Shown here one piece after another: positions 1 through 10,219 of a stretch of DNA of 64,000 bases; the stretch's first letter is position 1; the number at the start of each line of letters is the position of its first letter. Source of the stretch: Bacilli bacterium (GTDB taxonomy: Bacteria > Bacillota_I > Bacilli_A > JBKEDG01); NCBI GenBank assembly GCA_047975285.1, contig JBKEDG010000061.1:8808-72807 (forward strand). Direction: 5' to 3'. The notes under the pieces were generated by a model. It did not search any database, had not been told where the DNA came from, and saw only the letters and a program-made list of their open reading frames with translations. A program made the translations under genes and the position numbers.

Positions 1-903
1 TTTTAATTTGTATGCTTCAAAATCTACATAGTTTACTTCTCCGCATATAATACTAACACACACATTATATATGTTACTTTGATATAGTTCTACTGCATAG
101 TGTCCCATCGCTGTTGCAATACGTCGATCATAAGCAGATGGAACTCCACCACGTTGAATATGCCCTAATGTAACCTTATTAACTTTCATATTTGTATTTT
201 CAGTTATTATATCGCCAAGTAAATTGATATTCATAAAATTCTCACTTAAAATTACAATTGAGTGCGATTTATGTTTGTTCTCAGTCGCTGTTAACATTTT
301 AATAAATTTATTTTTATCAAATCCTGTTTCACAAGTAATCACAACTTCAGCACCACATGCCAATCCAGAACTAAGAGCAATATCACCATTATATCTACCC
401 ATCACTTCAATAACACTTGCTCTTCTGTGTGAAGTAGAAGTATCTCTTATTTTATCAATTGCTTCTACTGCAGTATTAATTGCAGTATCATAACCAATTG
501 TATAATCAGTTCCCAAAATATCATTATCAATTGTTCCTGGTATATTTATAACTTTTACTCCTAATTTTGAAAGTAGCATTCCACCTTGATAACTTCCGTT
601 CCCTCCAATTACAAATAAAACATCTATACCAAGAATTTGTAAATTTTTTGCAGCTATTTTAGCATACCTTTCATCACAAAATTCAGGAAATCGTGCTGAT
701 TTTAAAATAGTACCACCTCTATTAATAATTTCTGCAACGTTTTTTCTAGTTAAACTTCTGATTTTATTATTACATAGCCCATAGAACCCTTCATAAACAC
801 CATATATTTCATACTCATCATGCAAAGCTTTTCGTACAATTGCTCTTAAGCATGCATTCATTCCTGGTGAATCTCCTCCACTAGTTAAAACTGCCATTTT
901 CAT
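1..903 (-). CDS. pfkA: ATP-dependent 6-phosphofructokinase, N-terminal ~301 codons; C-terminus runs off the window edge
   Basis: Minus-strand ATG at 903-901 preceded by AGGAGG; translation MKMAVLTSGGDSPGMNACLRA... carries the PFK GGDSPGMNA signature; frame stays open to position 1 (...GEVNYVDFEAYKLK). Absent from the ORF track because there is no in-window stop. dnaE-pfkA order is conserved in Firmicutes. Confidence 0.85.
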   Translation of the reverse strand, partial: MKMAVLTSGGDSPGMNACLRAIVRKALHDEYEIYGVYEGFYGLCNNKIRSLTRKNVAEIINRGGTILKSARFPEFCDERYAKIAAKNLQILGIDVLFVIGGNGSYQGGMLLSKLGVKVINIPGTIDNDILGTDYTIGYDTAINTAVEAIDKIRDTSTSHRRASVIEVMGRYNGDIALSSGLACGAEVVITCETGFDKNKFIKMLTATENKHKSHSIVILSENFMNINLLGDIITENTNMKVNKVTLGHIQRGGVPSAYDRRIATAMGHYAVELYQSNIYNVCVSIICGEVNYVDFEAYKLK

Positions 904-905
904 AA

Positions 906-3890
906 TTACTCCTCCTTTACTTTAAAATTATTTATAATTAGTTGAAGATTATCATTTCTAACTTCTACTTTACCATCTGCGTATATTAATGTACCAATTT
1001 CCACATTTAAACTATTATAGGCTTTTGGGAATAACACGCATTCAATTGTTCCATACATATCACTGCAATTTAAAAAAGCCATATTTTCACCCCTTTTAGT
1101 TTTAATTTCACGGTAACTTTCTATATATAAAATCATTTTTACATTACGTCTCTCATTACTACTAATATTGAGTGTATTAACTTCTAACAGTTCAGCGTAG
1201 GCGCTAGTTGGATGAGTACTAAAATTAAATCCTAATACCTTTCTTTCATTTAAAACTAACTCACTTTTTTTAAATTCATCTCTAGAAATAAAATACATTT
1301 CATCTGAGAGACCATTTTCTAGATAATCTGGAAACGAATTAACAACATCTATTATACCACTTATTGAATGAATTTGTACACTCTTATAGTTGAAATCAAT
1401 ACTTTCAAACGCACAAGCATAGATTAAATTCTCAATTACATTTTCCCTAATTCCTTTTTTTGCAGTTCTGACAATAAAATCTTTTAAACTTGTGTAATTG
1501 CCAGATTTTCTTTCCTCTACAATTATGTTGCTCAACTTCTCATTTATCCCCTTTACAATAGTTAAGGGTAAAATAACTTCATTTTTTTTCAAACAAAAGT
1601 TGCTCTCACTTCTATTAATATCAATCCCAATCACATTTAAATTATTTCTTCTACATTCATTAATATATTCAAACACCTTATGATTACTAGAAATAGCACT
1701 ATTTAGTAACACACACATAAAATACTTAAAGAAATACGTTTTTAAATATGCAAGTGAAAATCCAATGTGACTGTAACTAACTGAATGAGCTTTATTAAAC
1801 CCATAATCTGCAAATTTTAATATTAAGTTGTATATTTCCTCAACAATATTATAATCATAACCTAATTCAACTGCAGATTTAATAAAATCATCTTTTAAAT
1901 ATAACAGTTTTTCGTAATTCTTTTTAGCCATAGCACTTCTCATTATATCGGCTTTAGCATAAGAAAATCCGGCAATTTTCCTTGCTATCTCCATTATTTG
2001 TTCTTGATATACAATTATCCCATAAGTTTCTTCTAAAATATTTTTCAAATCATCATGAATGTATGAAAATTTCTTTCCATTTCTACGTAATATATATTCA
2101 TCAATATTATCCATAGGTCCTGGTCTATGAAGAGCGTTTGCAACAACTAAATCATTGAAACTATTAGGCTTCAAATTTCTTAATAGTTTCTTCATACCTT
2201 CACTTTCAAACTGAAAAATCCCTAGAGTATTACCTTCACAAAATAATTTAAGCACATTTTTATCGTCTAAATTTATTTTGTTAAAATCAACAACTTCTCC
2301 TTCATTCTCACAAATAATTTCAACTGTCGATTTTAATATTGATAAATTTCTTAATCCTAGAAAATCCATCTTAATTAACCCTATTCTTTCAAGATAATCC
2401 ATACTACTAGAAATTGTAACAACATTCCCATTTTCAATATAACCAATTGTTTGACTTAGATTGTTAGAAGAAATTACAATTCCTGCTGGGTGTACACTTT
2501 CATGCCTTATTAGACCTTCTAATTTTAATGCATATTTGTATATTCTTTCATTATCAACATCAGAATTTACAAGCATTTTAAATTTATCATTTTTTTTATA
2601 ATTATCAATTAATGATAAATTTGAATCTAAATGTTCTGAAAAGTATTTAATGTCTGCGCTGTTTTTACCGAATGCTTTTGCGCAATCTCTTATTACTTGT
2701 TTGCTTTTAAAAGTAACAAAAGTTGCTATTGCTCCAACATTTTCTTCACCATATTTTTTCACAACATGCTTGACAACTTCATCTCTTTTCACATCTTCAA
2801 AATCAACATCAATATCTGGCCATGAAATACGTTCAGGATTCAAAAAACGTTCAAATATTAGGTTGTATTTAAGTGGATCAATATCCGTAATCCCCAGCAC
2901 ATAGGAAACGAGACTTCCAGCCGCACTTCCTCTGCCTGGACCTACAGCAATATTATTATTTTTAGCATACTTAACATAATCGAATACAATTAAAAAGTAG
3001 TCTAAAAAGCCCATATTGTTAATAATAGATAATTCATATTTTAAACGATCAACATATTTATCATCAAAGTTTGGCACTCTAATTGATAAACCTTTTTTAC
3101 ATAAAGAACTAAGATAATCATAACTATCATAATTTGCAGAATAAATTGGAACAGTTTTATCAGAAGGAATTTTTATGTCACACATTGCAATGAGCATTTT
3201 ATTATTTTCAATGTATTCAGCCTTCATTTCATGCTTAAAATCATCAAATTTAAACCCACAGTATTCTATACCACGCTCAGTACGTAGGTATTTCTCTTTA
3301 TTCCTAATTGAACAAAGCAAATTATAATACTTTTGATTATTAATTCCATTGTATCTTATTTCATTTCCATAAAGTTTCTTCAAATTAAACTTCAAGCAAA
3401 ACTCATTTGTTGATGTATTATTGTAATTACTTATAAAAAATATTTCTCCAAAATAATTTTTTAAATTATCAATAAATTCCGTACAATCATTATAACTACA
3501 AAAACTATCATAAACTTTGCTACTTTCATTTAAAATACAAATTAAGTTCCTTGAATTTTTAAATAACGTTTTATATGTTAATTCGTTTTTATTAACTAAT
3601 GTTGTAAGAAAGAAAATGTTTTTTAATCCATCGTAGTTCTTTGCATATAAAATATACGAGTCATTAAGAAAATTTAACTCAACACCAAGAAGTGGTTTAA
3701 GTCTTCCTGCTTTAAAATATAGTTCCGTCAATCCATATGTAGAGTTTTTATCACACAAAGCAACAGCGCTAAAATTATTATCAATTGAAAATTCAATAAT
3801 ATCTTCAATTGATAATAAACTTCTTAAAAAAGTGTAATGACTTTTAATGTTTAAATATGCATATTCCATAAAACCTTCCTTATTAAACAA
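906..3890 (-). CDS. dnaE: DNA polymerase III alpha subunit (DnaE-type); true start may be the internal MEYAYLNIKSHYTF methionine
   Basis: 994 aa; PHP-domain N-terminus (NIKSHYTFLRS...ALCD) and polymerase core motif GPGRGSAAGSLVSYVLGITDIDPL...PDIDVDFE. Confidence 0.9.
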   Translation of the reverse strand: MFNKEGFMEYAYLNIKSHYTFLRSLLSIEDIIEFSIDNNFSAVALCDKNSTYGLTELYFKAGRLKPLLGVELNFLNDSYILYAKNYDGLKNIFFLTTLVNKNELTYKTLFKNSRNLICILNESSKVYDSFCSYNDCTEFIDNLKNYFGEIFFISNYNNTSTNEFCLKFNLKKLYGNEIRYNGINNQKYYNLLCSIRNKEKYLRTERGIEYCGFKFDDFKHEMKAEYIENNKMLIAMCDIKIPSDKTVPIYSANYDSYDYLSSLCKKGLSIRVPNFDDKYVDRLKYELSIINNMGFLDYFLIVFDYVKYAKNNNIAVGPGRGSAAGSLVSYVLGITDIDPLKYNLIFERFLNPERISWPDIDVDFEDVKRDEVVKHVVKKYGEENVGAIATFVTFKSKQVIRDCAKAFGKNSADIKYFSEHLDSNLSLIDNYKKNDKFKMLVNSDVDNERIYKYALKLEGLIRHESVHPAGIVISSNNLSQTIGYIENGNVVTISSSMDYLERIGLIKMDFLGLRNLSILKSTVEIICENEGEVVDFNKINLDDKNVLKLFCEGNTLGIFQFESEGMKKLLRNLKPNSFNDLVVANALHRPGPMDNIDEYILRRNGKKFSYIHDDLKNILEETYGIIVYQEQIMEIARKIAGFSYAKADIMRSAMAKKNYEKLLYLKDDFIKSAVELGYDYNIVEEIYNLILKFADYGFNKAHSVSYSHIGFSLAYLKTYFFKYFMCVLLNSAISSNHKVFEYINECRRNNLNVIGIDINRSESNFCLKKNEVILPLTIVKGINEKLSNIIVEERKSGNYTSLKDFIVRTAKKGIRENVIENLIYACAFESIDFNYKSVQIHSISGIIDVVNSFPDYLENGLSDEMYFISRDEFKKSELVLNERKVLGFNFSTHPTSAYAELLEVNTLNISSNERRNVKMILYIESYREIKTKRGENMAFLNCSDMYGTIECVLFPKAYNSLNVEIGTLIYADGKVEVRNDNLQLIINNFKVKEE

Positions 3891-3899
3891 AAGAAAAGT

Positions 3900-5993
3900 C
3901 TAAGACTTTTCTTGAACAATTGCTTCTTTAACCATAGCTGATTTCTTACTTAAATCTATACGTCCTCTATCGTCTATTTTAATTACTTTTGCACTAAATA
4001 CATCACCAATTTTGACAACTTTTTCAACTTTTTCAACACGTTTATGCGCAAGTTGAGAAATATGAACCATTCCTTCACAACCATCCCAAAGTCTAACAAA
4101 AGCACCAAATTTCTCAATTCGTATAACCTCTACATCATAGAATTCTCCAACATTCGCAGTTCGAGTTAGGTTTTCAATTATTTCAACAGCTTTATTAATT
4201 GATTCATAGTTAGTATGATAGATAATAACTCTTCCATCATCTTCTATATCAATTTTAACATCATCACAATTTTCAATAATTTTTGTAATTGTTTCTCCTC
4301 CACGACCAATAACATCTTTAATTTTATCAATAGGTATCATAATTTGTCTAATTTTAGGTGCAAATTTACTCAATTCTTCTTTAGGATCAGAAATTGCACC
4401 TACCATATTATCAAGAATTTCAAGTCTACCAGTTTTAGCTTGTAAAAGTGCTTGAGATAAAATCTCTCTGCTTAATCCCATGATTTTTATATCCATTTGT
4501 AATGCAACAATACCATTCTTTGTCCCAGCAACTTTAAAATCCATATCACCTAAATGATCTTCCAAACCTTGTATATCGCTAAGAACACGATGTTTATTTC
4601 CATCACTAATCAAACCCATAGCAATACCTGCAACTGGTGCTTTGATGGGAACTCCCGCCGCCATAAGCGACATACATCCAGCACATATACTTGCTTGAGA
4701 AGTACTACCATTACTTTCAAGTATTTCACTAACTACTCTAATTGTGTATGGAAATTCTTCTTCTGATGGTAGAATTTGCAATAATGCACGTTCACCTAGT
4801 GCCCCATGGCCGACTTCTCTTCTTCCTGGTGCTCCATATCTCCCAGTCTCTCCTACACTAAATGCAGGAAAATTATAATGTAACATAAATCTTTTTTGGT
4901 CTTCCACACCAAGTCCATCAATAATTTGATATTCTCTAAGTGTTCCTAGTGTTGTAATACTCAAACATTGCGTTTGACCTCTTGTAAATAATGAACTACC
5001 ATGAACCCTAGGAAGGATATCTATTTGTGAATCTAAGTTACGGATTTCATTTAATTTTCTACCATCAACTCTTACTGATTCTTCTAAAACTTTTCTTCTC
5101 ATTTCATCCTTAACTAAATTATCGATAATTTTTTGAATATCAGAATGAAAATCAGCCTCGTAATTAGTTAAAACTCTAACTTTTAAATCATTAATATTAT
5201 TATTTCTAGTTTCTTTATCAAATTCTTTTAAAATATCTTTTACTTCTTCCAGAACACTTGCACTTAGTTTTTTTTCCAATTCAGCGTCAATCGTATTAAC
5301 ACAATATTCCATTTTATCTACAATGTTGTCAGAAATTATTTTTTCTTGGAATTCAATCAAAGTCTTGATAGCTTCATGACCAAACATAATTGCATCTAAC
5401 ATAATATCTTCTGTAACTTCTTTTGCTCCTGCTTCAACCATATTTATAGCTTCCTTAGTCCCAGCTACTGTCAAGTCAATCTCACTTTTTTCCAACTGAG
5501 CCGGTGTGGGATTGATAATAAAATTCCCATCTACAAGTCCAACAACAACCCCTGCAATTGGTCCTAAAAATGGTAATGGGGACAACATAAGTGCTAAACT
5601 TGAGCCAAACATTGCTGACATTTCAGGACTGTGATCAGTATCCACACTCATTACAGTACTTACAACTTGCACATCATATTTAAATCCCTTGGGAAATAAC
5701 GGACGGATTGGTCTGTCAATTAATCTAGCTGTAAGCGTAGCATTTTCACTAGGTCTACCCTCACGCTTTATAAACCCTCCTGGAATTTTACCAGCAGAAT
5801 ACAATTTTTCTTGATATAATACCATCAAAGGAAAGAAATCTACAGTAGCAGGAGAAGAAGAAGAGGCACCAACACTTAATACAGCAGTATCCCCATATCT
5901 AATAAAAGCACTACCAGCTGCCTGCTTAGCCATTTCACCTAACTCAACAACTAATTTCTTTCCATAAAATTCTAATTCATACGTTTTCTTCAT
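3900..5993 (-). CDS. pnp: polynucleotide phosphorylase
   Basis: 697 aa; two RNase PH-like domains followed by KH and C-terminal S1 ([19 protein letters not shown]); typical PNPase length. Confidence 0.93.
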   Translation of the reverse strand: MKKTYELEFYGKKLVVELGEMAKQAAGSAFIRYGDTAVLSVGASSSSPATVDFFPLMVLYQEKLYSAGKIPGGFIKREGRPSENATLTARLIDRPIRPLFPKGFKYDVQVVSTVMSVDTDHSPEMSAMFGSSLALMLSPLPFLGPIAGVVVGLVDGNFIINPTPAQLEKSEIDLTVAGTKEAINMVEAGAKEVTEDIMLDAIMFGHEAIKTLIEFQEKIISDNIVDKMEYCVNTIDAELEKKLSASVLEEVKDILKEFDKETRNNNINDLKVRVLTNYEADFHSDIQKIIDNLVKDEMRRKVLEESVRVDGRKLNEIRNLDSQIDILPRVHGSSLFTRGQTQCLSITTLGTLREYQIIDGLGVEDQKRFMLHYNFPAFSVGETGRYGAPGRREVGHGALGERALLQILPSEEEFPYTIRVVSEILESNGSTSQASICAGCMSLMAAGVPIKAPVAGIAMGLISDGNKHRVLSDIQGLEDHLGDMDFKVAGTKNGIVALQMDIKIMGLSREILSQALLQAKTGRLEILDNMVGAISDPKEELSKFAPKIRQIMIPIDKIKDVIGRGGETITKIIENCDDVKIDIEDDGRVIIYHTNYESINKAVEIIENLTRTANVGEFYDVEVIRIEKFGAFVRLWDGCEGMVHISQLAHKRVEKVEKVVKIGDVFSAKVIKIDDRGRIDLSKKSAMVKEAIVQEKS

Positions 5994-6099
5994 TATATAC
6001 CTCTTTTCTATATTATTTTACCATAATTTGAGTGCAAATAAAATACATACAATAATATATTTTCTACAAACAATTAAAAGTTTCGTAATTTAAGTGACA

Positions 6100-6123
6100 A
6101 AATAAAAAGAGTGTATAACACTC
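6100..6123 (-). terminator. intrinsic terminator downstream of mntP (end of tkt-yneF-tauE-mntP transcription unit)
   Basis: Plus strand gagtgt-ata-acactc (6109-6123) preceded by an A-run; on the minus strand this reads as a 6-bp GC-containing stem followed by UUUUUAUUUU; the mntP stop lies immediately upstream at 6128. Confidence 0.5.
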
Positions 6124-6127
6124 CAGA

Positions 6128-6721
6128 TTATATAAATGACTTAATAGCAAGTAATATTAAAATCACTCCTCCTAATAATTCAAATTTTTTTTCAAAGCCT
6201 CTTTTTACTAAAGAACCCGAGTTTACGCCTAACAACGACAATATAAATGTTATTAAACCTATTAATATAATCGTATATAAAAAATCAATATTCAAACTTT
6301 TAATGATCAACCCTGCACATAAAGCATCAATGCTAGTAGCAATAGAAAATTTAAGCAAAAGTCTATTACTTAAAACTCTACTCTTACCTGTTCTTTTACA
6401 AATTTTATTATTACAAGTTCCATCACATACAATATTTTCACATTGATTAGGAGCATTTGAAAATGAGTCATAAATCATTTTACAACCTAATAACATTAAA
6501 AATAATGTTCCAAGTATATTAATGACAAGACTATATTTTTTTACAAATGGTAAAATCAAAGTTCCACCAATAAGTGGCATTAAAAATTGAAAAAAACCAA
6601 AAGAAATAGCAACCTTAAATCTATCATATTTTGAAGTTACAGTAGAAGATAATCCCAAAGTAACTGATGTTGTAAAAGCGTCCATAGCTAAAGAAATAGC
6701 TAAAATTATTGAGTATCCCAA
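6128..6721 (-). CDS. mntP: manganese efflux pump MntP (DUF204) with a Cys-rich central loop
   Basis: 197 aa; AMDAFTTSV..., FLMPLIGG..., ATSIDALCAGL..., FELLGGVILILLAIKSF align with E. coli MntP motifs (SMDAFAAS / TPLIGWG / ATSLDAMAVG / AEILGGLVLIGIG); central loop is CENIVCDGTCNNKICKRTGK. Confidence 0.8.
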   Translation of the reverse strand: MGYSIILAISLAMDAFTTSVTLGLSSTVTSKYDRFKVAISFGFFQFLMPLIGGTLILPFVKKYSLVINILGTLFLMLLGCKMIYDSFSNAPNQCENIVCDGTCNNKICKRTGKSRVLSNRLLLKFSIATSIDALCAGLIIKSLNIDFLYTIILIGLITFILSLLGVNSGSLVKRGFEKKFELLGGVILILLAIKSFI

Positions 6722-6739
6722 ATTATGCCCTCCAAATAT

Positions 6740-7489
6740 TTATGATGTTATAGCATAAATAATTATTAGTAAAACACCAGCAACCTTTTTTGACAAAGGT
6801 AAGCTAGCCTTTGCTACAAATTTGGCCGCAAAATACGCACCAACTATCGAAAAGATTCCACTTAACATAATTGCTTTAATTGGTATGAGATCCATATGTG
6901 GAAAATGTGAAATAGCACCAGATAATGCAGTGAAAGTCATAATAAAAACACTTGTTCCAACCGCTTCTTTCATATCATATTTTAATATAATCATTAGAAT
7001 CGCAAGAATTATCATTCCTCCGCCAGCACCTATATAACCACATATACATCCAATTATAAAACCTAGAATAATTTTAATAATAAGCTCATTTTTACTAGTT
7101 GAACCACTACTAACATCTTTGGGAGCATCTTCAGCTGTCCAAAGAAATCTAATTCCAATAACAAGTGTAACAATTACACTTATTGATGATAAAGTATTTC
7201 CTTCAACAAAACTTGCCATATAACTACCTAAAACACTCCCGAGAGAAGCGAAGATTACCATGGGAATAGCTGACTTTACTCTAATAAGTTTATTTTTAGC
7301 ATAAGTGAATGCACTAATACTTGAAGCAAAGACATCTGTAGCCAGCGCAATAGAAATAGCAGTATAATCATCCATTCCAAGCGCTGTTACAAAAATTGGT
7401 GTAATTACAACTGCTGCACTCGCAACTACAAGTCCAGTAACAACACCTGCTAAAATTCCACCTATAATTATTGTAATAATTTCTTGCAT
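6740..7489 (-). CDS. TauE/SafE-family (sulfite exporter-like) membrane permease
   Basis: 249 aa, about 8 predicted TM helices, internally duplicated Gly-rich helices (GGILAGVVTGL... / GYIGAGGGMIIL) typical of the TSUP/TauE family; RBS TAGGAGG before the ATG at 7489. Confidence 0.7.
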   Translation of the reverse strand: MQEIITIIIGGILAGVVTGLVVASAAVVITPIFVTALGMDDYTAISIALATDVFASSISAFTYAKNKLIRVKSAIPMVIFASLGSVLGSYMASFVEGNTLSSISVIVTLVIGIRFLWTAEDAPKDVSSGSTSKNELIIKIILGFIIGCICGYIGAGGGMIILAILMIILKYDMKEAVGTSVFIMTFTALSGAISHFPHMDLIPIKAIMLSGIFSIVGAYFAAKFVAKASLPLSKKVAGVLLIIIYAITS

Positions 7490-7501
7490 TTTAACCTCCT
7501 A

Positions 7502-7537
7502 GAATCAATATAAATAGTTATCTATTTATATTGATTC
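7502..7537. repeat. perfect 16-bp inverted repeat with 4-nt spacer (gaatcaatataaatag ttat ctatttatattgattc) spanning the yneF stop codon, directly upstream of the tauE RBS
   Basis: Read directly: the 7502-7517 arm is the exact reverse complement of 7522-7537; the right arm encodes the last yneF codons and its TAG stop; on the minus-strand mRNA the hairpin is followed by UAGGAGGUUAAAAUG rather than a U-tract. Confidence 0.8.
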
Positions 7538-7734
7538 ATTGATTTCATAATTTGTTTTACATGTTTTTGAGAAGCCGGTCTTCCCATTTGTCTGAGCATC
7601 GCTTTAATCATCTCTTCGTTAACAGGCGGATTATCTTTTAATTGTTTCTCAAATAATTTCTTTGAAACAATAAATCCAATAATTAATCCTACGATTAAGG
7701 CAACACCCATAAAAATATACGCTTGTACACTCAT
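7522..7734 (-). CDS. yneF: UPF0154-family small membrane protein (YneF-like); start taken at the MSVQAYIF methionine
   Basis: MSVQAYIFMGVALIVGLIIGFIVSKKLFEKQLKDNPPVNEEMIKAMLRQMGRPASQKHVKQIMKSMNQYK closely parallels B. subtilis YneF (single TM, NPPINEQM...QMG.KPSQKK). tkt-yneF adjacency is conserved near lexA in Bacilli. The ORF-track N-terminal extension would overlap tkt. Confidence 0.7.
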   Translation of the reverse strand: MSVQAYIFMGVALIVGLIIGFIVSKKLFEKQLKDNPPVNEEMIKAMLRQMGRPASQKHVKQIMKSMNQYK

Positions 7735-7735
7735 T

Positions 7736-9709
7736 CTATTCACAACCCTTTCTATCACACGTTTTTATAATTTCATATGTAATGCTATCTTTATCAAAGC
7801 CAAAATGATTAATCACATCTTTTGCTGGACCACTTAAGCCAAAATTATCAATTGAGAATATAAGTCCATCTAATCCAACATATTGATGATAACTATATGC
7901 AGATGACATCTCAATTGAAACTCTTTTCCTGCAATCTGGCAATAAAATACTATCAATATATTCTTTTGACTGTGAATTAAATATTTCCATGCATAACATA
8001 CTGACAACATTATACTTAATATTAGATTCGTCTAATTTATCACTAACATCAATAGCTAAACTAAGCTCTGAGCCACTTGAAATTATTATTCCATCAGGAT
8101 TTTCATAAGATTTTACCAAATATGCACCCTTTGTAGCATTTCCATAACTAGTATATTCTTCAAGGTTAGGTAAATCTTGCCTAGATAAAATAATTGCAGA
8201 CGGATTTTGCTTATTTAATGCTAATTTATAACTAGCAATAACTTCTTTTAAGTCTGCTGGTCTAAACACATCAATATTTGGTGTACTTCTTAACATAATT
8301 AATTGCTCTACAGGCTCATGAGTTGGTCCATCTTCTCCAACCGCAATACTATCATGTGTAAATGTATAGATAGTAGGTATATTCATTAAAGCAGACATTC
8401 TAATAGCAGGTTTTAAGTAGTCACTGAAAACAAAAAATCCTGATACAATTGCATTAAATCCACTGTGAAGAACTATTCCATTGGCAATTGCTCCCATGGC
8501 ATGCTCTCGCACACCAAATTTTAAATTTCTTCCTTCTCGATTTTCCATAGAAAAATCGCCGTCATTACCAATCACCTTAGTACTTCCGCTAAGATCAGCA
8601 CTACCTGCAAAAACATTTAACATATTATAACTTATTTCTGTAAGAACTTTCCCACCAAGAACTCTTGAAGCAGATTTATCATAGTCTCTATACTTGTTAT
8701 AAATCCCTTCAAAATCACACTCGTAATTATGAGAAATATAATTTAACAAGTTCACATATGTATCTTCATCTTCCCTTTTCATTGTATCTAAATGTTCATT
8801 CCAAACCATGTATTTATTTATACTACGTTCTCTAAATGTATCTTTAAAATGAAAATAAACATCTTCATCAACTTCGAACCTAGCTAGATTATACCCAAGT
8901 TTATTCATTGCTGTAACTGAGTCTTCAACTCCAAAAGGAGCTCCATGAGCAGCACATTGACCTTCATATTTTGATTTATATCCTATTCTTGTTTTAATTT
9001 CAATTATTGTGGGCTTAGAAGTTTCTGATTTCGCTTGGTTTATAGCTTCATCTATACTTTCAACACAATTACCATCATTTACAAGAAGATATTGCCAGTT
9101 CATTGCCTCATATTTAGTACGAGTACACTCTTTATTAACAAGACTCACTTCACTATCTAACTGAATATCATTTGAATCATACAGCACAATTAAGGAACCT
9201 AATTGTTGCACACCAGCAAATGAAATCGCTTCTTGCGTCACTCCCTCTTGCAAGTCACCATCACCACACAAAACATAAGTATGATGATTTATTACACGAT
9301 TTTTTTTTCTTAAAAACTCTTCAGCAACTGCCATCCCAACTCCCATAGCTATTCCTTGACCAAGTGGTCCACTAGTAGCATCAACACCAGGTGTATGTAA
9401 GTACTCTGGATGCCCTGGAGTCTTTGATTTTAGTTGTCTAAAATTCTTCAAATCATCAATAGATAAATTGTAACCCACTAAATGCAACATCGCATAATAA
9501 AGAGCAGAACCATGACCAGCAGCCATAATAAATCTATCTCTATTCACCCAAAACAAATCATCTACATTGGCATGAAGATGCCTTGAATAAAGTGTATACA
9601 TTATTGGAGCAGCACCAAGAACAATTCCAGGATGACCACTCTTTGCTTCATCAATCATTGCTAACCCTAAAGATCGCATTGTATTTATACTTTTATTTTC
9701 TATAGTCAT
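7736..9709 (-). CDS. tkt: transketolase
   Basis: 657 aa; TPP-binding N-terminus (GHPG...GHGS) and GDG...DGxxxEG motif (VLCGDGDLQEGVTQEA); AGGAGG RBS before the ATG at 9709. Confidence 0.93.
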   Translation of the reverse strand: MTIENKSINTMRSLGLAMIDEAKSGHPGIVLGAAPIMYTLYSRHLHANVDDLFWVNRDRFIMAAGHGSALYYAMLHLVGYNLSIDDLKNFRQLKSKTPGHPEYLHTPGVDATSGPLGQGIAMGVGMAVAEEFLRKKNRVINHHTYVLCGDGDLQEGVTQEAISFAGVQQLGSLIVLYDSNDIQLDSEVSLVNKECTRTKYEAMNWQYLLVNDGNCVESIDEAINQAKSETSKPTIIEIKTRIGYKSKYEGQCAAHGAPFGVEDSVTAMNKLGYNLARFEVDEDVYFHFKDTFRERSINKYMVWNEHLDTMKREDEDTYVNLLNYISHNYECDFEGIYNKYRDYDKSASRVLGGKVLTEISYNMLNVFAGSADLSGSTKVIGNDGDFSMENREGRNLKFGVREHAMGAIANGIVLHSGFNAIVSGFFVFSDYLKPAIRMSALMNIPTIYTFTHDSIAVGEDGPTHEPVEQLIMLRSTPNIDVFRPADLKEVIASYKLALNKQNPSAIILSRQDLPNLEEYTSYGNATKGAYLVKSYENPDGIIISSGSELSLAIDVSDKLDESNIKYNVVSMLCMEIFNSQSKEYIDSILLPDCRKRVSIEMSSAYSYHQYVGLDGLIFSIDNFGLSGPAKDVINHFGFDKDSITYEIIKTCDRKGCE

Positions 9710-10027
9710 ATTTACCTCCTACTATAATATTATACCATAATTAAATAATTTTTAGAATACATCTATTTATATAGAGTATACAAATTTTGTTAGGGTAAAT
9801 ATATTAGACTTAAATTTGATAATAATTATCTACATCAATTGAATATCAGGCATTACGCTTGTAAATAGTGTAGCTATTTTTCATCAAAATGTAATTAATA
9901 GTAAATAAATTTACAAGCATTTTAAACATTTTTATCCTTTAATTACATCAAATAAATGATTGGACTGAGACTCTCCCTCAATGAACCTAATCTTGTTTGA
10001 CTTACTTCATTTTTTGTTACAAATATT

Positions 10028-10201
10028 CTAGTCATTAAAATTTAAATTTGATAATTCAATATTTGAGTCATCGCGATAGTCACTTAATGTCATTCCCCTA
10101 CTTTTTAAATCCTGAAAGCTTACTAGCAAAATCCCAATAACAACAATACATATAAACATACTACACACAATTGATTCTTCACTTATTTTTTTAAAACTCA
10201 T
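10028..10201 (-). CDS. small single-TM protein under LexA control (candidate SOS cell-division inhibitor of the SosA/YneA type); start taken at the ATG at 10201
   Basis: 57 aa MSFKKISEESIVCSMFICIVVIGILLVSFQDLKSRGMTLSDYRDDSNIELSNLNFND with GAGGTGA RBS; its -35/-10 promoter has a Cheo box inside the spacer; divergent from lexA as in B. subtilis (yneA) and S. aureus (sosA). The track's longer 67-aa form starts at a TTG. Confidence 0.5.
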   Translation of the reverse strand: MSFKKISEESIVCSMFICIVVIGILLVSFQDLKSRGMTLSDYRDDSNIELSNLNFND

Positions 10202-10219
10202 TTCTATCACCTCAACACC

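Noticed and set aside
224-493. Short plus-strand ORFs in the supplied track that lie inside or antisense to long, well-supported genes (for example 224-493, 1498-1683, 2650-2904, 4215-4445, 15230-15628, 21696-22139, 23185-23544, 25783-26121, 39054-39284, 49530-49730, 51223-51987, 54338-54780, 56133-56435, 62017-62372, 62908-63114, 63400-63603)
   Set aside because: All are low-complexity translations of the AT-rich antisense or out-of-frame strand of genes with clear functional motifs. They have no RBS, and several begin at TTG/GTG because the track takes the first possible start after a stop.
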